A stretch of 64,000 nt of DNA, from IMG/VR virus record IMGVR_UViG_3300025030_000086, positions 1 through 64,000 of that record, one strand, 5' to 3'. How positions within the stretch are numbered: the stretch's first letter is position 1; every line of letters begins with the position of its first letter. Below the pieces are notes generated by a model. That model was not told where the DNA came from. It saw nothing but the letters and a program-made list of their open reading frames with translations, and did not search any database. This document shows, piece after piece, positions 18,956 to 29,145 of this stretch. The position numbers and the translations under genes are program-made. The stretch comes from a virus.

Positions 18956-19867
18956 ATGAAAGTAGGATTAATAGATGTGGATTCCAAAATTCCAAATATT
19001 GCTTTGATGAAGCTATCCACATTTCATAAAGAAAGAGGAGATGCAGTAGAATTTTGGAAAGGTTCATTTTTTAATGATGAATATGATAAAATGTATGCTT
19101 CTAAAGTTTTTGATTTTTCTTCATTACCAAATGGGATGGACAAAAAGACAATTATTGGTGGAACGGGTTATGATTTAACTATTAAATTACCTGATGATAT
19201 TGAATATTTATGTCCTGATTATTCATTGTATCCTAATTGTGATTATTCTATAGGATTTATTACAAGAGGTTGCAGCAGGAATTGTTCATTTTGCAAAGTT
19301 CCTAAAAAAGAGGGTAAAATTAGATTTAATCAATCATGGGAAAATTTTAAAAATCCAAATGGAAAATATTGGGTATTCTTAGATAATAATATCCTTGCCT
19401 ATGAAAATCATTTAGATATTTTAAAAGAGATTAATGAAAGAAAAATGGTTATAGATTTTAACCAAGCAACAGATATAAGATTAGTTACAGAAGAAAATGC
19501 AAAAATATTGGCAACAATTAAATGGCATTCTTTTTACAGATTTTCTTTCGATTGGATATTTTTAGATAAACAGATTATTGAAAAGGTTAAGTTACTAAAC
19601 AATTTTGGGTTATCCTCTTATAAAATGTTTTGTTTCATTTTGATTGGTTACAACACAACTGTTGAGGAAGATTTATATAGAGTAGAATTATGTAGAGAAT
19701 TAAAAATAAATCCTTTTGTTATGCCATATAATAAATTTGATAAATACCAAAAAGACTTTTCCAGATGGGTTAATCATAAAGCTATTTTTAAATTTGTTGC
19801 TTGGGAGGATTATAAGAAAAAGAATTGGGAAATGGTTGATATGAATGGACAACAAAAATTAATTTGA
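18956..19867 (+). CDS. Phage radical SAM protein
   Basis: CxxxCxxC in TRGCSRNCSFC; PNIALMKLS, GGTGY, PDYSLY. Confidence 0.85.
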   Translation: MKVGLIDVDSKIPNIALMKLSTFHKERGDAVEFWKGSFFNDEYDKMYASKVFDFSSLPNGMDKKTIIGGTGYDLTIKLPDDIEYLCPDYSLYPNCDYSIGFITRGCSRNCSFCKVPKKEGKIRFNQSWENFKNPNGKYWVFLDNNILAYENHLDILKEINERKMVIDFNQATDIRLVTEENAKILATIKWHSFYRFSFDWIFLDKQIIEKVKLLNNFGLSSYKMFCFILIGYNTTVEEDLYRVELCRELKINPFVMPYNKFDKYQKDFSRWVNHKAIFKFVAWEDYKKKNWEMVDMNGQQKLI

Positions 19868-19891
19868 CATATTCATAGATTATGATAATAT
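19864..19891 (+). promoter_or_regulatory. sigma70-like promoter for tRNA-like RNA
   Basis: TTGACA-N16-TAATAT, overlapping the radical SAM stop codon. Confidence 0.45.
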
Positions 19892-19910
19892 TAAATTATA
19901 AGGAAAAAAT

Positions 19911-19981
19911 GCGGTCAAAGTTTCAAGAGAGAAACACTTTTACCCAAAGAGGGGAAGGGGCAGTACCTTCTGACCGCTTCA
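19911..19981 (+). tRNA. Non-canonical tRNA-Gly-like RNA
   Basis: GCGGTCA/TGACCGC acceptor, T discriminator, GTTTC/GAAAC D-stem, CTTT-TACCCAA-AGAG, GAAGG-GGCAGTA-CCTTC; lacks T8, D-loop GG, T33, TTC and CCA. Confidence 0.6.
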
Positions 19982-20278
19982 AATAATATGATAACAATAA
20001 CAGTTTTTTATTCAATAGCAGATGGAAAAATTGTAACAGAAAAGGATTTAGATGTTATTGATGCAGACATGAATTCTTTAATGCGGGAATGTGTCAATAA
20101 AGGATTTAAGGTAAATAATTATCAAGATAGAATTTTTCATTAAGGGGGACTAAAAATGTCAAGAATAAATAATGCATATGTAAAGGAAGTATTAACAATA
20201 ATTTTTGTTTTCTTTGTTTTCATCGTTGTTCCTATTTTTGTAATATTGACAGTAACTTAAAATATAGGAGAAATAAAG

Positions 20279-20488
20279 ATGTCAAAGGATAGTAATGTAA
20301 CTTATACAAGTTTTCCAATAGCTTCAGTATTAGCAATAGTTTTTGTTGTACTAAAATTAACAAATAATATCTCTTGGTCATGGTGGTGGGTGTTATCCCC
20401 ACTATGGATACCTTTAGGTCTTATAGCTGTACTATTTGTTATTATATTTATTTTTTTGTTTGTAAAAACTTTGTTGGGGAGAACATGA
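20279..20488 (+). CDS. Small membrane protein (W-rich LSPLWI family)
   Basis: SWSWWWVLSPLWI; paralogs at 54060 and 58381. Confidence 0.7.
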   Translation: MSKDSNVTYTSFPIASVLAIVFVVLKLTNNISWSWWWVLSPLWIPLGLIAVLFVIIFIFLFVKTLLGRT

Positions 20489-20712
20489 GTAGGATGTATA
20501 CAAAATTATCTTGTGGATGTATGGTATCCTGTGAAGGTGCTGGTAGGCTTTTAGGTACATGTCATAGGGATAATTGTCAATTTGCTATTTGGGTTCAGAA
20601 ACACAGACAATGCCAGATATGTAATGAATGTTTGTTATGTAGTAATCATGATGGACATTCTGAAAAGTTGGATGGTTTAGATTATTTAAAATCTATTTTG
20701 GGGATAAAGTAA
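20485..20712 (+). CDS. Hypothetical Cys-rich protein
   Basis: MSRMYTKLSCGC... after GGGGAG SD. Confidence 0.45.
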   Translation: MSRMYTKLSCGCMVSCEGAGRLLGTCHRDNCQFAIWVQKHRQCQICNECLLCSNHDGHSEKLDGLDYLKSILGIK

Positions 20713-20895
20713 TGAATTCGCCAAATATTGCTCATGTAGCACTTAATAGAAGAGGGGCTTTGGAATTAGGGCAATCACCTTGTAATGTATGTGGCTGTGG
20801 TTATGCTTCATATTCTATAAATAAATCTGAATCTTGTCAAGATATTTGTGAAGAATTTAAAGAATATGTAAGTATATTGATAGAAAGATCTAAGA

Positions 20896-21171
20896 ATGAG
20901 CAAAATTAAATGTCTCAATTGTGATATGATATTAGAATCTATTTATATGCATGATTTTCGTAGTTGTGATTGTGAAAATAGAACTTATATTGATGGTGGT
21001 GATAAATATATGAGATTTGGGTGTATGGATATAACTAAAGTATTGTTTTGGAATGAAAAAATGGGAAAGTTTTTGCCATATACTACAATAGTTAAAGAAG
21101 AAAGTATTGAGGAGCAAAAGGAGGGAGTAGTATGTTCAGAAAATTGTGGCAAACATTGTTCACAAAAGTAA
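20896..21171 (+). CDS. Phage Zn-binding hypothetical protein
   Basis: KCLNCDMILES..HDFRSCDC...IDGG. Confidence 0.6.
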   Translation: MSKIKCLNCDMILESIYMHDFRSCDCENRTYIDGGDKYMRFGCMDITKVLFWNEKMGKFLPYTTIVKEESIEEQKEGVVCSENCGKHCSQK

Positions 21172-21247
21172 AATATAATACTTTAAATTCTTTTCAATTT
21201 TCCTTAATATGTAATATCAAATCTGGTAATATTAGGAGGATTGTTTA

Positions 21248-21874
21248 ATGAAATTAATTGACCAAACATTTGAAATACTTACACCTATTGATAGTGATAA
21301 AATTTTAAGGAATCTTGAAAAAATAGGAAGGATCAGTTATAAAAGTGAAAATTTAATAACTGAAGATAGTGCTAAAAAGTTTATTAAAAAGATAATAGAA
21401 AACAAACATGAAGCTGTTATAGAACATGAGAATATTTCTATCAAAGTTATAACAGATAGGGGGGTTAGTCATGAGATTGTCAGACATCGCATAGCGTCTT
21501 ATATACAAGAAAGTACAAGATTTTGTAATTACAGCAAAGAGAAATTTGGAAATGAAATAGTTTATATAAAACCAGTAGATTTTGAATTATTGAAAAAAGA
21601 TATAAAATTATTACAAACCATAGAACAACACTATTTAGAACGATTGAAAGATGGATTAACACCACAGCAAGCAAGATATTTTTTACCCAATGGACTTAAA
21701 ACAGAAATTGTCATTACAATGAATTTGAGAGAATGGAGACATTTTTTTAAACTTAGAACTGCCAAAGCAGCACATCCTCAAATGAGATATATGGCAAAAA
21801 ATATTTTATGCAAATTGAATGAATTAGTAATGGTGATTTTTGAGGATTTGGGGGATTTGCATGAAATATCTTAA
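21248..21874 (+). CDS. thyX: Flavin-dependent thymidylate synthase
   Basis: SHEIVRHRIASYIQESTR, ARYFLP, NLREWRHFFKLR, AHPQMR. Confidence 0.95.
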   Translation: MKLIDQTFEILTPIDSDKILRNLEKIGRISYKSENLITEDSAKKFIKKIIENKHEAVIEHENISIKVITDRGVSHEIVRHRIASYIQESTRFCNYSKEKFGNEIVYIKPVDFELLKKDIKLLQTIEQHYLERLKDGLTPQQARYFLPNGLKTEIVITMNLREWRHFFKLRTAKAAHPQMRYMAKNILCKLNELVMVIFEDLGDLHEIS

Positions 21875-21876
21875 AT

Positions 21877-22005
21877 TTGATAAAAATTTTAGAACTGAAA
21901 GACAATGGAAATTACACACAACAACAATTAGCTGGAATATTTGAAATAAAGCAACAAATGATTTCTTTTATTATAAATAATAAAAGTTGGAAAGGGATTA
22001 AATAA
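21877..22005 (+). pseudogene. C-terminal HTH remnant of the HNH family
   Basis: GNYTQQQLAGIFEIKQQMISFIINNKSWK; stop overlaps the ligase ATG. Confidence 0.65.
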
Positions 22006-23111
22006 TGTCAATTCTTAAAATAGAAATTTGTAGAATAGAAAAGGTAGAAAATCATCCCAACGCTGATAGACTTGAAATAATTCAAGTTAAGGGTTGGAAT
22101 TGTGTAGTTTCTAAAGGTTCATTTTTAGAAGGAGATTTATGTCTCTTTTTTCCAATAGACAGTATATTACCAGAAGAATTGGAAAAAAGAATATTTGGAG
22201 AAGACTCTAAAGTTAAATTGAATAAACATAGAGTTCGTACTATAAAATTGAGGGGAATAATATCTCAGGGGTTGGTTATTAAACCCGAAGTGGCTGATAT
22301 ATTTGGTGCAAAAGAAGGTCAGGATTTTATATCACAACTTGGGATAATAAAGTATGAACCCCCAGAAGAATTACCAAGTGTTTATGGGACTTGCAATAAG
22401 ATTAAAAAAAGATATATTAATAGTAATTTCCATAAATATACATGTATAGAAAATATAAAGAACCATCCAAAGGTATTTGAGGATGGGGAAAGTGTGTATA
22501 TAAGTGAAAAATTGCACGGGAGCAGTTTTAGATCGGGATGGGTAAAGAATGAAGCAAATACTATATGGAAAAAGATTAAGAAATTATTTGGTTTATTACC
22601 AACACATGAATTTATTGTAGGGTCACGCAATGTTCAATTATCTTATAGAAATAAGAATAAATACTTTTATGATAATAATGTATATGCGAGAATAGCAGAA
22701 AAGTATGATTTAAAAAATAAGTTAAAATTGGGCGAAGTAATTTATGGTGAAATCGTAGGAGATGGTATTCAACATGGATATGGTTATGGATGCAGACCAA
22801 ATGAAACAGACTTTTATGCCTATGACCTCATGGTAAATGATAAATGGTTAAATGTTGTGGATTTTATAGATAGTTGTAAAATAAAAAGAATATCAACAGT
22901 ACCTTTTCTGTACATAGGCCCATATAGTAAACAAATTGTGGATACATTTACAATAGGGGCATCTTTGCTATGCCCAACAGGACAGCCAATCAGAGAGGGC
23001 TGTGTGATTAAACCACTTGAGGAAAAGAATAATCCTTATGTTGGTAGAAAAGTTTTAAAATCTATAAATTCAGAGTATCTTTTGTTAAAAAATAACTCAG
23101 ATTTCCATTAA
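22005..23111 (+). CDS. RNA ligase (DRB0094-like) with N-terminal tRNA-binding-like domain
   Basis: HPNADRLE, LRGIISQGL, EKLHGS, YGEIVG, REGCVIK. Confidence 0.85.
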   Translation: MSILKIEICRIEKVENHPNADRLEIIQVKGWNCVVSKGSFLEGDLCLFFPIDSILPEELEKRIFGEDSKVKLNKHRVRTIKLRGIISQGLVIKPEVADIFGAKEGQDFISQLGIIKYEPPEELPSVYGTCNKIKKRYINSNFHKYTCIENIKNHPKVFEDGESVYISEKLHGSSFRSGWVKNEANTIWKKIKKLFGLLPTHEFIVGSRNVQLSYRNKNKYFYDNNVYARIAEKYDLKNKLKLGEVIYGEIVGDGIQHGYGYGCRPNETDFYAYDLMVNDKWLNVVDFIDSCKIKRISTVPFLYIGPYSKQIVDTFTIGASLLCPTGQPIREGCVIKPLEEKNNPYVGRKVLKSINSEYLLLKNNSDFH

Positions 23112-23124
23112 TTAGGAGGTTCTT

Positions 23125-23451
23125 ATGTCAGTACATATATGCCCTATCTGTCAAGGGAGAGGTAAAGTAATTAAAGGTTTTTATGATTATGAAAATGAGT
23201 TAATGACATCAACACCTTTATCAGAAACCGAAGAATGCAGGACATGCAAAGGATTGGGGATTGTTTGGAATAATGTTCCTACTTATTCATACTACTCATT
23301 ACCTAATTTACCTATGAGAGAAGATAATTTACCAATAAGAGATATTCCGTATAATCCATGTGATACTTGTCCTGTTAGGAGGAATACGAATTGGAATGGT
23401 GTTTGTCATTGTACATTACCTCATATATATAATAGTAATATAAGATATTAA
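23125..23451 (+). CDS. Hypothetical protein with DnaJ-like Zn-finger motifs
   Basis: CPICQGRG...CRTCKGLG. Confidence 0.6.
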   Translation: MSVHICPICQGRGKVIKGFYDYENELMTSTPLSETEECRTCKGLGIVWNNVPTYSYYSLPNLPMREDNLPIRDIPYNPCDTCPVRRNTNWNGVCHCTLPHIYNSNIRY

Positions 23452-23452
23452 A

Positions 23453-23647
23453 ATGAAGAAATTAATTATATCACCAATGGAAATAGCAATAGCTACGCCA
23501 CCATTTCCTTATATATATTTTTGTGAAGAAGCATGGAACAAGTGGTTTACGAATAAGCTAATATTAGCTGGTTTTGATTTAACTAAAGAATTTAAACAAA
23601 TAGAATTTAAAGCTGTTGGTGGAGTTATTTTTACACAAGATGAATAA
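23453..23647 (+). CDS. Hypothetical protein
   Basis: ORF in operon. Confidence 0.45.
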   Translation: MKKLIISPMEIAIATPPFPYIYFCEEAWNKWFTNKLILAGFDLTKEFKQIEFKAVGGVIFTQDE

Positions 23648-24407
23648 TAGAATCCTGCATGGGCTTGAATTTGAGCTTCAATTAATGGTTGAAACAGAAG
23701 AAGGTCTAAAAGTTGTTTCAGCAGAGAATTATTTAAATAGACATTATAATTTATTGCCTCAATGCACAACTTTTGATTATGGAAATTTGGAGATTTCTAC
23801 CCCACCAAGAGAGAGTTATAAAGAAGCTGTAGATATAGCAAACTATATTTTAACAGATAAATTAGTACCTGCACTTATTAATGATTTTAAACTTGAAAAG
23901 TTTGCCTTATTTTTACCAACTCCTATGTGTAGATTTTTTTATAATGAGGAGCCTGTTTATCATATACGAAATAAAAAAAGAATTTATACAGGTAAAAAGA
24001 TTCAAATAATTAGACCAAATGAGGAGGTTTGTTGTTTAAAACATTGGAATATATCTATTAATATTGACCCAGATGTATGTGAACGAGAGGGTGGCATGAA
24101 AGCTTTTTTGGAAATTCCTAATTACCATAATTTTAAAGATTATCTTGATAAATTTATGAAAAAATACTGGCCATATAATTATGAATTACTCTTGTCTAAA
24201 GGTTATCAAGTAGTAGTAAAAGATTTAGAAATACCTTATGATGGTAGAGTTCATATAAAAATACCGTATCATTATACACCAATTAATAGTAATCCTAACC
24301 TGTTGCCTAGATTTGAAGATATACTTTTACCACCGGATAGGGGATGGAAAAACTTAGTTTGTTACTATAAAGATAATAGTTTTACAAAAGTGAGGGATTT
24401 GATATGA
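23640..24407 (+). CDS. Putative glutamate-cysteine-ligase/amidoligase-fold protein
   Basis: HGLEFEL...D..NLEISTPP...HWNIS. Confidence 0.4.
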   Translation: MNNRILHGLEFELQLMVETEEGLKVVSAENYLNRHYNLLPQCTTFDYGNLEISTPPRESYKEAVDIANYILTDKLVPALINDFKLEKFALFLPTPMCRFFYNEEPVYHIRNKKRIYTGKKIQIIRPNEEVCCLKHWNISINIDPDVCEREGGMKAFLEIPNYHNFKDYLDKFMKKYWPYNYELLLSKGYQVVVKDLEIPYDGRVHIKIPYHYTPINSNPNLLPRFEDILLPPDRGWKNLVCYYKDNSFTKVRDLI

Positions 24408-24573
24408 TAAATTGGCTTATACATACTCCACATATGATAATAAGTATGTTCATAATTATACTTTTAGTAAAGACTTTGCTTGATATTAGGAGATGATATG
24501 ACAACTTGGATTCTTAATAATCAAGACGTTATATTGGGTATATTCATAGGACTTTGCTTAGGAAAGATACTAC

Positions 24574-24879
24574 TTGACAATAGGTAATATATTAGTTAAT
24601 ATTATATATGACACTGATTATGATGTTTATGTTGGACGGGGAAGCAAATGGGGTAATCCTTTCTATATAGAAAAAGATAGTTATGGATGTGAAATAGAAG
24701 GTAGTAGAGAAGGCATAATAAAATTATATGAACAATGGATAAGAAAACAAAAATATTTAATTGATTCTTTACATGAATTAAGAGATAAAAAGTTGGGTTG
24801 TTTTTGCTATCCATTGCCTTGTCATGGAGATGTATTAATAAAATTAATTGGAGAGATATATGAAAATAGTAATATGTGA
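24574..24879 (+). CDS. DUF4326 domain protein
   Basis: VYVGRGSKWGNPF...LGCFCYPLPCHGDVL. Confidence 0.85.
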   Translation: MTIGNILVNIIYDTDYDVYVGRGSKWGNPFYIEKDSYGCEIEGSREGIIKLYEQWIRKQKYLIDSLHELRDKKLGCFCYPLPCHGDVLIKLIGEIYENSNM

Positions 24880-25294
24880 TAATAAGCATGAAATTGACTG
24901 TTACGAAGTGCATTGTACAATATGTGCATTACTTCATGAAATTAAAAGATTAAAAAAAGAAGTAGAAAGAACAAAAGAGATTTATTCAACTTATGTAAAT
25001 AGATATTAATTTAGGAAATGATATTGGTTCTCTATTAAATACTACGAAAGAACCAAAAGAAAGAAAAATAGAGGATTGTGGTTTATGTGGCACTTGCAAA
25101 TTTTTTCATTTAACAAAAACAAAATTTGAAGTAATTAAATCTAAATGTACGTTACAGAATTTTAATATTTCAGTAAAAGACCCTATAATATTTTGTAATA
25201 CTTATCAAAAAATGGGTGAAATGTCATTATATGAGATGTCTCAAATAGCATTTTTTATTGAGATTGAGGAAGAAGAAGAGAAGGTGGGATTCTG

Positions 25295-25498
25295 ATGGCT
25301 GATTTTTGCAAACAATGTGCGGATGAATTAGGTTTACCAAATAAAGATTTAGTGGGGATTACTACAGAAAAGGATATGTTAGATAAAAAATCTCAATTAG
25401 TTATATGTGAAGGTTGTGGATATACACAAGTAGATACACAAGGTATTTGTTTAACTAAGTGTTTATTAAGGCATGGTACTTTTGGTGGTTGGAATTAA
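25295..25498 (+). CDS. Hypothetical Cys-rich protein
   Basis: MADFCKQC...CEGCG. Confidence 0.55.
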   Translation: MADFCKQCADELGLPNKDLVGITTEKDMLDKKSQLVICEGCGYTQVDTQGICLTKCLLRHGTFGGWN

Positions 25499-25513
25499 TA
25501 AAAGGAGATAAAT

Positions 25514-26434
25514 ATGCAAATTAAGACAATTGAAAAAAATTTAAGAGGTAAGATGAATGAATGGTTATTGACTATAACTGATGAGGAACTTCGTGGAAAA
25601 GTGAAGAATAATTTATTAGTTAGTGGTGGTAGTATAGTTTCTTTGCTATTGAGAGAAGATGTGAATGATTATGATGTCTATATTAAAGATATGGATGTAT
25701 TAATAGAATTGGTAAAATATTATACCAATAATTATCAAAATATAACAATTTTAGATGGTAGAAAAAAAGCAGATTATGTCTCCTTTTTAAAGCTTGACCA
25801 AATAGGCATATATAAAATTACTGTAGAAAATTTGAAACCTGATCAAGTTAAACTATATTTTGAAAACAAAACAGGAGGACATAGGACTCTTGAGGAAGTT
25901 GGGAATCTAAAATATGTTCCGTTATTCTTTAGTCCGAATGCAATATCATTATCAAATAATGTGCAAATTGTTACACGTTTTCATGGAAATAATGAGGATA
26001 TACATAAAACTTTTGACTTTATACATGCAACTAATTATTTTACATTTAAAGAAGGTCTTGTTACAAATAAAGAAGCCTTGGAATCTATTATTTGCAAACA
26101 ACTAAAATATCAAGGTAGCTTATATCCATTAACTTCTATTATACGAATGAAGAAATTTATAAAAAGAGGTTGGAATATCAATGCAGGTGAAATACTAAAG
26201 ATTATGTTCCAGATATCGGAACTTAACTTGCATGACCTAAATGTTTTAGAGGAGCAACTGATTGGCATAGACGTGGCTTATTTTGCAGAACTTATTCAAA
26301 TATTAAGAACTGTGGATGCTTCTAAAATTACAAGCTCTTATATAAATGAGATTATTGATAGAGTATTTAATACCGCTGATGAAGATATTGAGACAAATAC
26401 TAAATTAATAAATGATGTAGGGGATGCTTTATGA
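25514..26434 (+). CDS. Nucleotidyltransferase-superfamily protein
   Basis: SGGSI...NDYDVY, FDF, RMKKFIKRGW. Confidence 0.65.
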   Translation: MQIKTIEKNLRGKMNEWLLTITDEELRGKVKNNLLVSGGSIVSLLLREDVNDYDVYIKDMDVLIELVKYYTNNYQNITILDGRKKADYVSFLKLDQIGIYKITVENLKPDQVKLYFENKTGGHRTLEEVGNLKYVPLFFSPNAISLSNNVQIVTRFHGNNEDIHKTFDFIHATNYFTFKEGLVTNKEALESIICKQLKYQGSLYPLTSIIRMKKFIKRGWNINAGEILKIMFQISELNLHDLNVLEEQLIGIDVAYFAELIQILRTVDASKITSSYINEIIDRVFNTADEDIETNTKLINDVGDAL

Positions 26435-26670
26435 AAAAAGATTATTCATCTGAATATGATAAGAATTATCTAAGTTTTGAAAAGATAAGTGGTAAAAAAA
26501 TAAAAGATATTATTGGTTATACCTGTGAAGGATTTGATGGAGACCATTGTTTTAAAATTCATGCTATTATTTTTGAGGATAAAACTAAATTTTTTGTAGA
26601 AGGGGAACATGATCTTCCTTATATAACAGTTGATGAGAAAACTGATGCAACTATAAAGAGTGTTTCATAA
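26431..26670 (+). CDS. Hypothetical protein
   Basis: Translationally coupled ORF. Confidence 0.5.
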   Translation: MKKDYSSEYDKNYLSFEKISGKKIKDIIGYTCEGFDGDHCFKIHAIIFEDKTKFFVEGEHDLPYITVDEKTDATIKSVS

Positions 26671-27156
26671 TGATTGATGGATTATTGGGCAAAATAGATA
26701 GTATAAGAATTTTACAAAATCTGTTAATCCCTAATTATACAAATAAACAAACTTTTATTCCAAAAAGTAAAAAGAAAAGAATTATTAATAAGTGCAGGAA
26801 AAAATATACTATATCAGTTTCAAATAATTTCACATTTTGGTTAGATAATACAAGTGTTGTTTGTTCAAATTTAATGTATAATACATTTCTTAAATTGAAG
26901 ATTTGGGGGAAATAATGAAAAGATTTAGCTTGTTATTTAGTGATGGTAAGGATTTCGTCTTTATTCCAAATAAAGAAATATGCAAGAAATTATTTGGTAA
27001 TAAGAAAAATGCTGTAATATATATTAAAAAATCTAAAAATGTGTATGCAACAGAAGGCAGGTCTATTAGTTTGTATGATTTAGAACAATGTGGGTTCAAG
27101 AAAATTAAAGCAAATGAGGAACCACAAGAAGTTCTTACTTTGTTAGATGAATTTAT

Positions 27157-27807
27157 ATGAAAAAATTAACCGAAGTAGACCTTGCAAAACCTGTAATCTC
27201 CTATCTTGAAGAAAGAGGGTGGGATGTTTACCAAGAAGTATTAATATATGGTAAAATAGCTGATATTGTAGCTACTTTTGGTAAATTAACATGGATTCTT
27301 GAGTGTAAGACCTCATTATCTTTAAAATTATTGGAACAAATCTATGCTTGGAGAGGCAGGGCAAATTATTTATCTATAGTTATTCCAATTGCAGTAAGTA
27401 ATGGTTTTACAAAGGATTTATTAATAAAGAATAAAATAGGAGTTTTAACTATTAGAAATTCAGAGGTATTTGAAAATATTCACCCACAATTGAATAGGAA
27501 AGTAATAAATATACAAAAATTCATTAAACCGGAACATAAAACTTGGGCTGAAGCTGGTTCTCAACACGGTTATTATACACCTTTTCAACAAACAAAAACA
27601 AATATAGAATATAGGATTAAAAATTACCCAAATGGTATACTATTTAAAGATTTTATGAAATTGACTGAACATCACTATGCTTCTGAAGCAACGGCTAGGT
27701 CTTGTTTACAAAAATGGATAGAATCTGGTATTATAAAAGGTGCTAAAATTGTTAATCAAGACAATAAATTATTCATCTACCCAGTAATTATTGACAAGTC
27801 TAAATAA
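27157..27807 (+). CDS. PD-(D/E)XK-like nuclease
   Basis: YQEV...ADIV...ILECK. Confidence 0.6.
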   Translation: MKKLTEVDLAKPVISYLEERGWDVYQEVLIYGKIADIVATFGKLTWILECKTSLSLKLLEQIYAWRGRANYLSIVIPIAVSNGFTKDLLIKNKIGVLTIRNSEVFENIHPQLNRKVINIQKFIKPEHKTWAEAGSQHGYYTPFQQTKTNIEYRIKNYPNGILFKDFMKLTEHHYASEATARSCLQKWIESGIIKGAKIVNQDNKLFIYPVIIDKSK

Positions 27808-27984
27808 TATGGTATATTAAAGATATGAAAACAATAGCAAATATATTAATAAGTTGTACAATATCGGTATGGGTATATATTTTATTTTTTGAGTCTTTGG
27901 TAAATACTTTTTTATATCAACCATTATTGGCATTAGGTCTTATATTCATAATTTATTATATTATATTTTATTTATTGGAGACAT

Positions 27985-28311
27985 ATGACAAAATACAAAA
28001 AGGGTTATAAAGTTGTTCAAAAAAGCACTTTAATTTCTTGTTCTATTCTGAATAAAGGTATTAAATACAAAGTAAATGATTGGGTTAAACCTAGGAAAGA
28101 TTGTGGGCCTTTGTGTGTATTTGATTCTTTATCATGTATTAAAAAATATTAATCCCATAACACAGATACTATTTATGAATGTTTATATGAACCAGATTTA
28201 GAAGAAAATTTTGTATATTTACAAACTTCATCAGTATTTTTGAATTTGCCATATTTAACATGAGGTACGGTATTGGCAAAAAAGGTAAAACTTATAAAAA
28301 GGATCCGCTAA
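27985..28311 (+). pseudogene. Phage hypothetical gene with two in-frame stops
   Basis: MTKYKKGYKVV...GPLCVF..KKY*..IYEC...*GTVLAKKVKL; TAA at 28150, TGA at 28261. Confidence 0.5.
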
Positions 28312-28322
28312 AAAGGAGATTC

Positions 28323-28499
28323 ATGGATTGGGAAGAGGCTTGTAAAATATCAGATTCTTCTATAGCTGTAAGAATAGATGAAAATGGTACAAAAATTCAT
28401 AGAAATTCCTTTGGAGTATGGTATTTCAATTCTGAATTTACTGGAATATATCTTGAAGAGAAAACAGCAGAAGGTTTTCTTGATTGGAAACCATTCTAA
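28323..28499 (+). CDS. Hypothetical, paralog of 29668..29868
   Basis: MDWEEACK...EGFLDWKP after AGGAG SD. Confidence 0.55.
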   Translation: MDWEEACKISDSSIAVRIDENGTKIHRNSFGVWYFNSEFTGIYLEEKTAEGFLDWKPF

Positions 28500-28672
28500 A
28501 TATATGAAATGATTGAGGAATATTAGATGAATTGTTCTCTATGTAATACAGAATGTATTAGGGATGTTGTTGATAATGGTGTTGGTGAAGAATATTCTCC
28601 TTGGTCTTGTCCCAATTGTGGGTGGTATCAAGGAGATGAAGTAGATGAATTATTTAAGGAGGAATACAAGAT

Positions 28673-28879
28673 ATGTTAACAAAATTAGCGGTTAGATACT
28701 TAACATATAAGTTGAGAAAAGATAAGGGTTTTTGGATAAGTTATCAATCCAATATAGCAATGACTTTTTTTGATAATTATTATAAATTTTTTCCTAAAAC
28801 AAGGCATTCAAGATTATCTATATCTAAATTTTGTAATACAAGTGCTGAAGATTTTTTAAATCTATGGACAAGGAGATAG
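28673..28879 (+). CDS. Hypothetical protein
   Basis: AGGAGG SD; YQSNIAM. Confidence 0.55.
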   Translation: MLTKLAVRYLTYKLRKDKGFWISYQSNIAMTFFDNYYKFFPKTRHSRLSISKFCNTSAEDFLNLWTRR

Positions 28880-28881
28880 AA

Positions 28882-29145
28882 ATGATACGAAAAAATCCTT
28901 ACCAAATGCTTTTGGATAAAATTGTTACTTTTTGTAATAATGATATTATTTATAGACATCAAAAATTAATGTTTATATATCCGATAGATAAATTAACTAA
29001 TACTTGGACTATGAATCAATTATATGAAAGAGTGGTGGCAGCGGATCAATTAAGATATGATGTAGTATTGAAATCTACAAATAATGGCTTAGAAGTTCAT
29101 TATATTAAACAGATAGAAATACCTATTGAATGGAGAAATTATTAA
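28882..29145 (+). CDS. Hypothetical protein
   Basis: AGGAG SD; LYERVVAADQL. Confidence 0.55.
   Translation: MIRKNPYQMLLDKIVTFCNNDIIYRHQKLMFIYPIDKLTNTWTMNQLYERVVAADQLRYDVVLKSTNNGLEVHYIKQIEIPIEWRNY

Noticed and set aside
27985-28311. Stop-codon reassignment
   Set aside because: Two different stop codons in one gene, and all core genes read intact in the standard code; pseudogene is more likely
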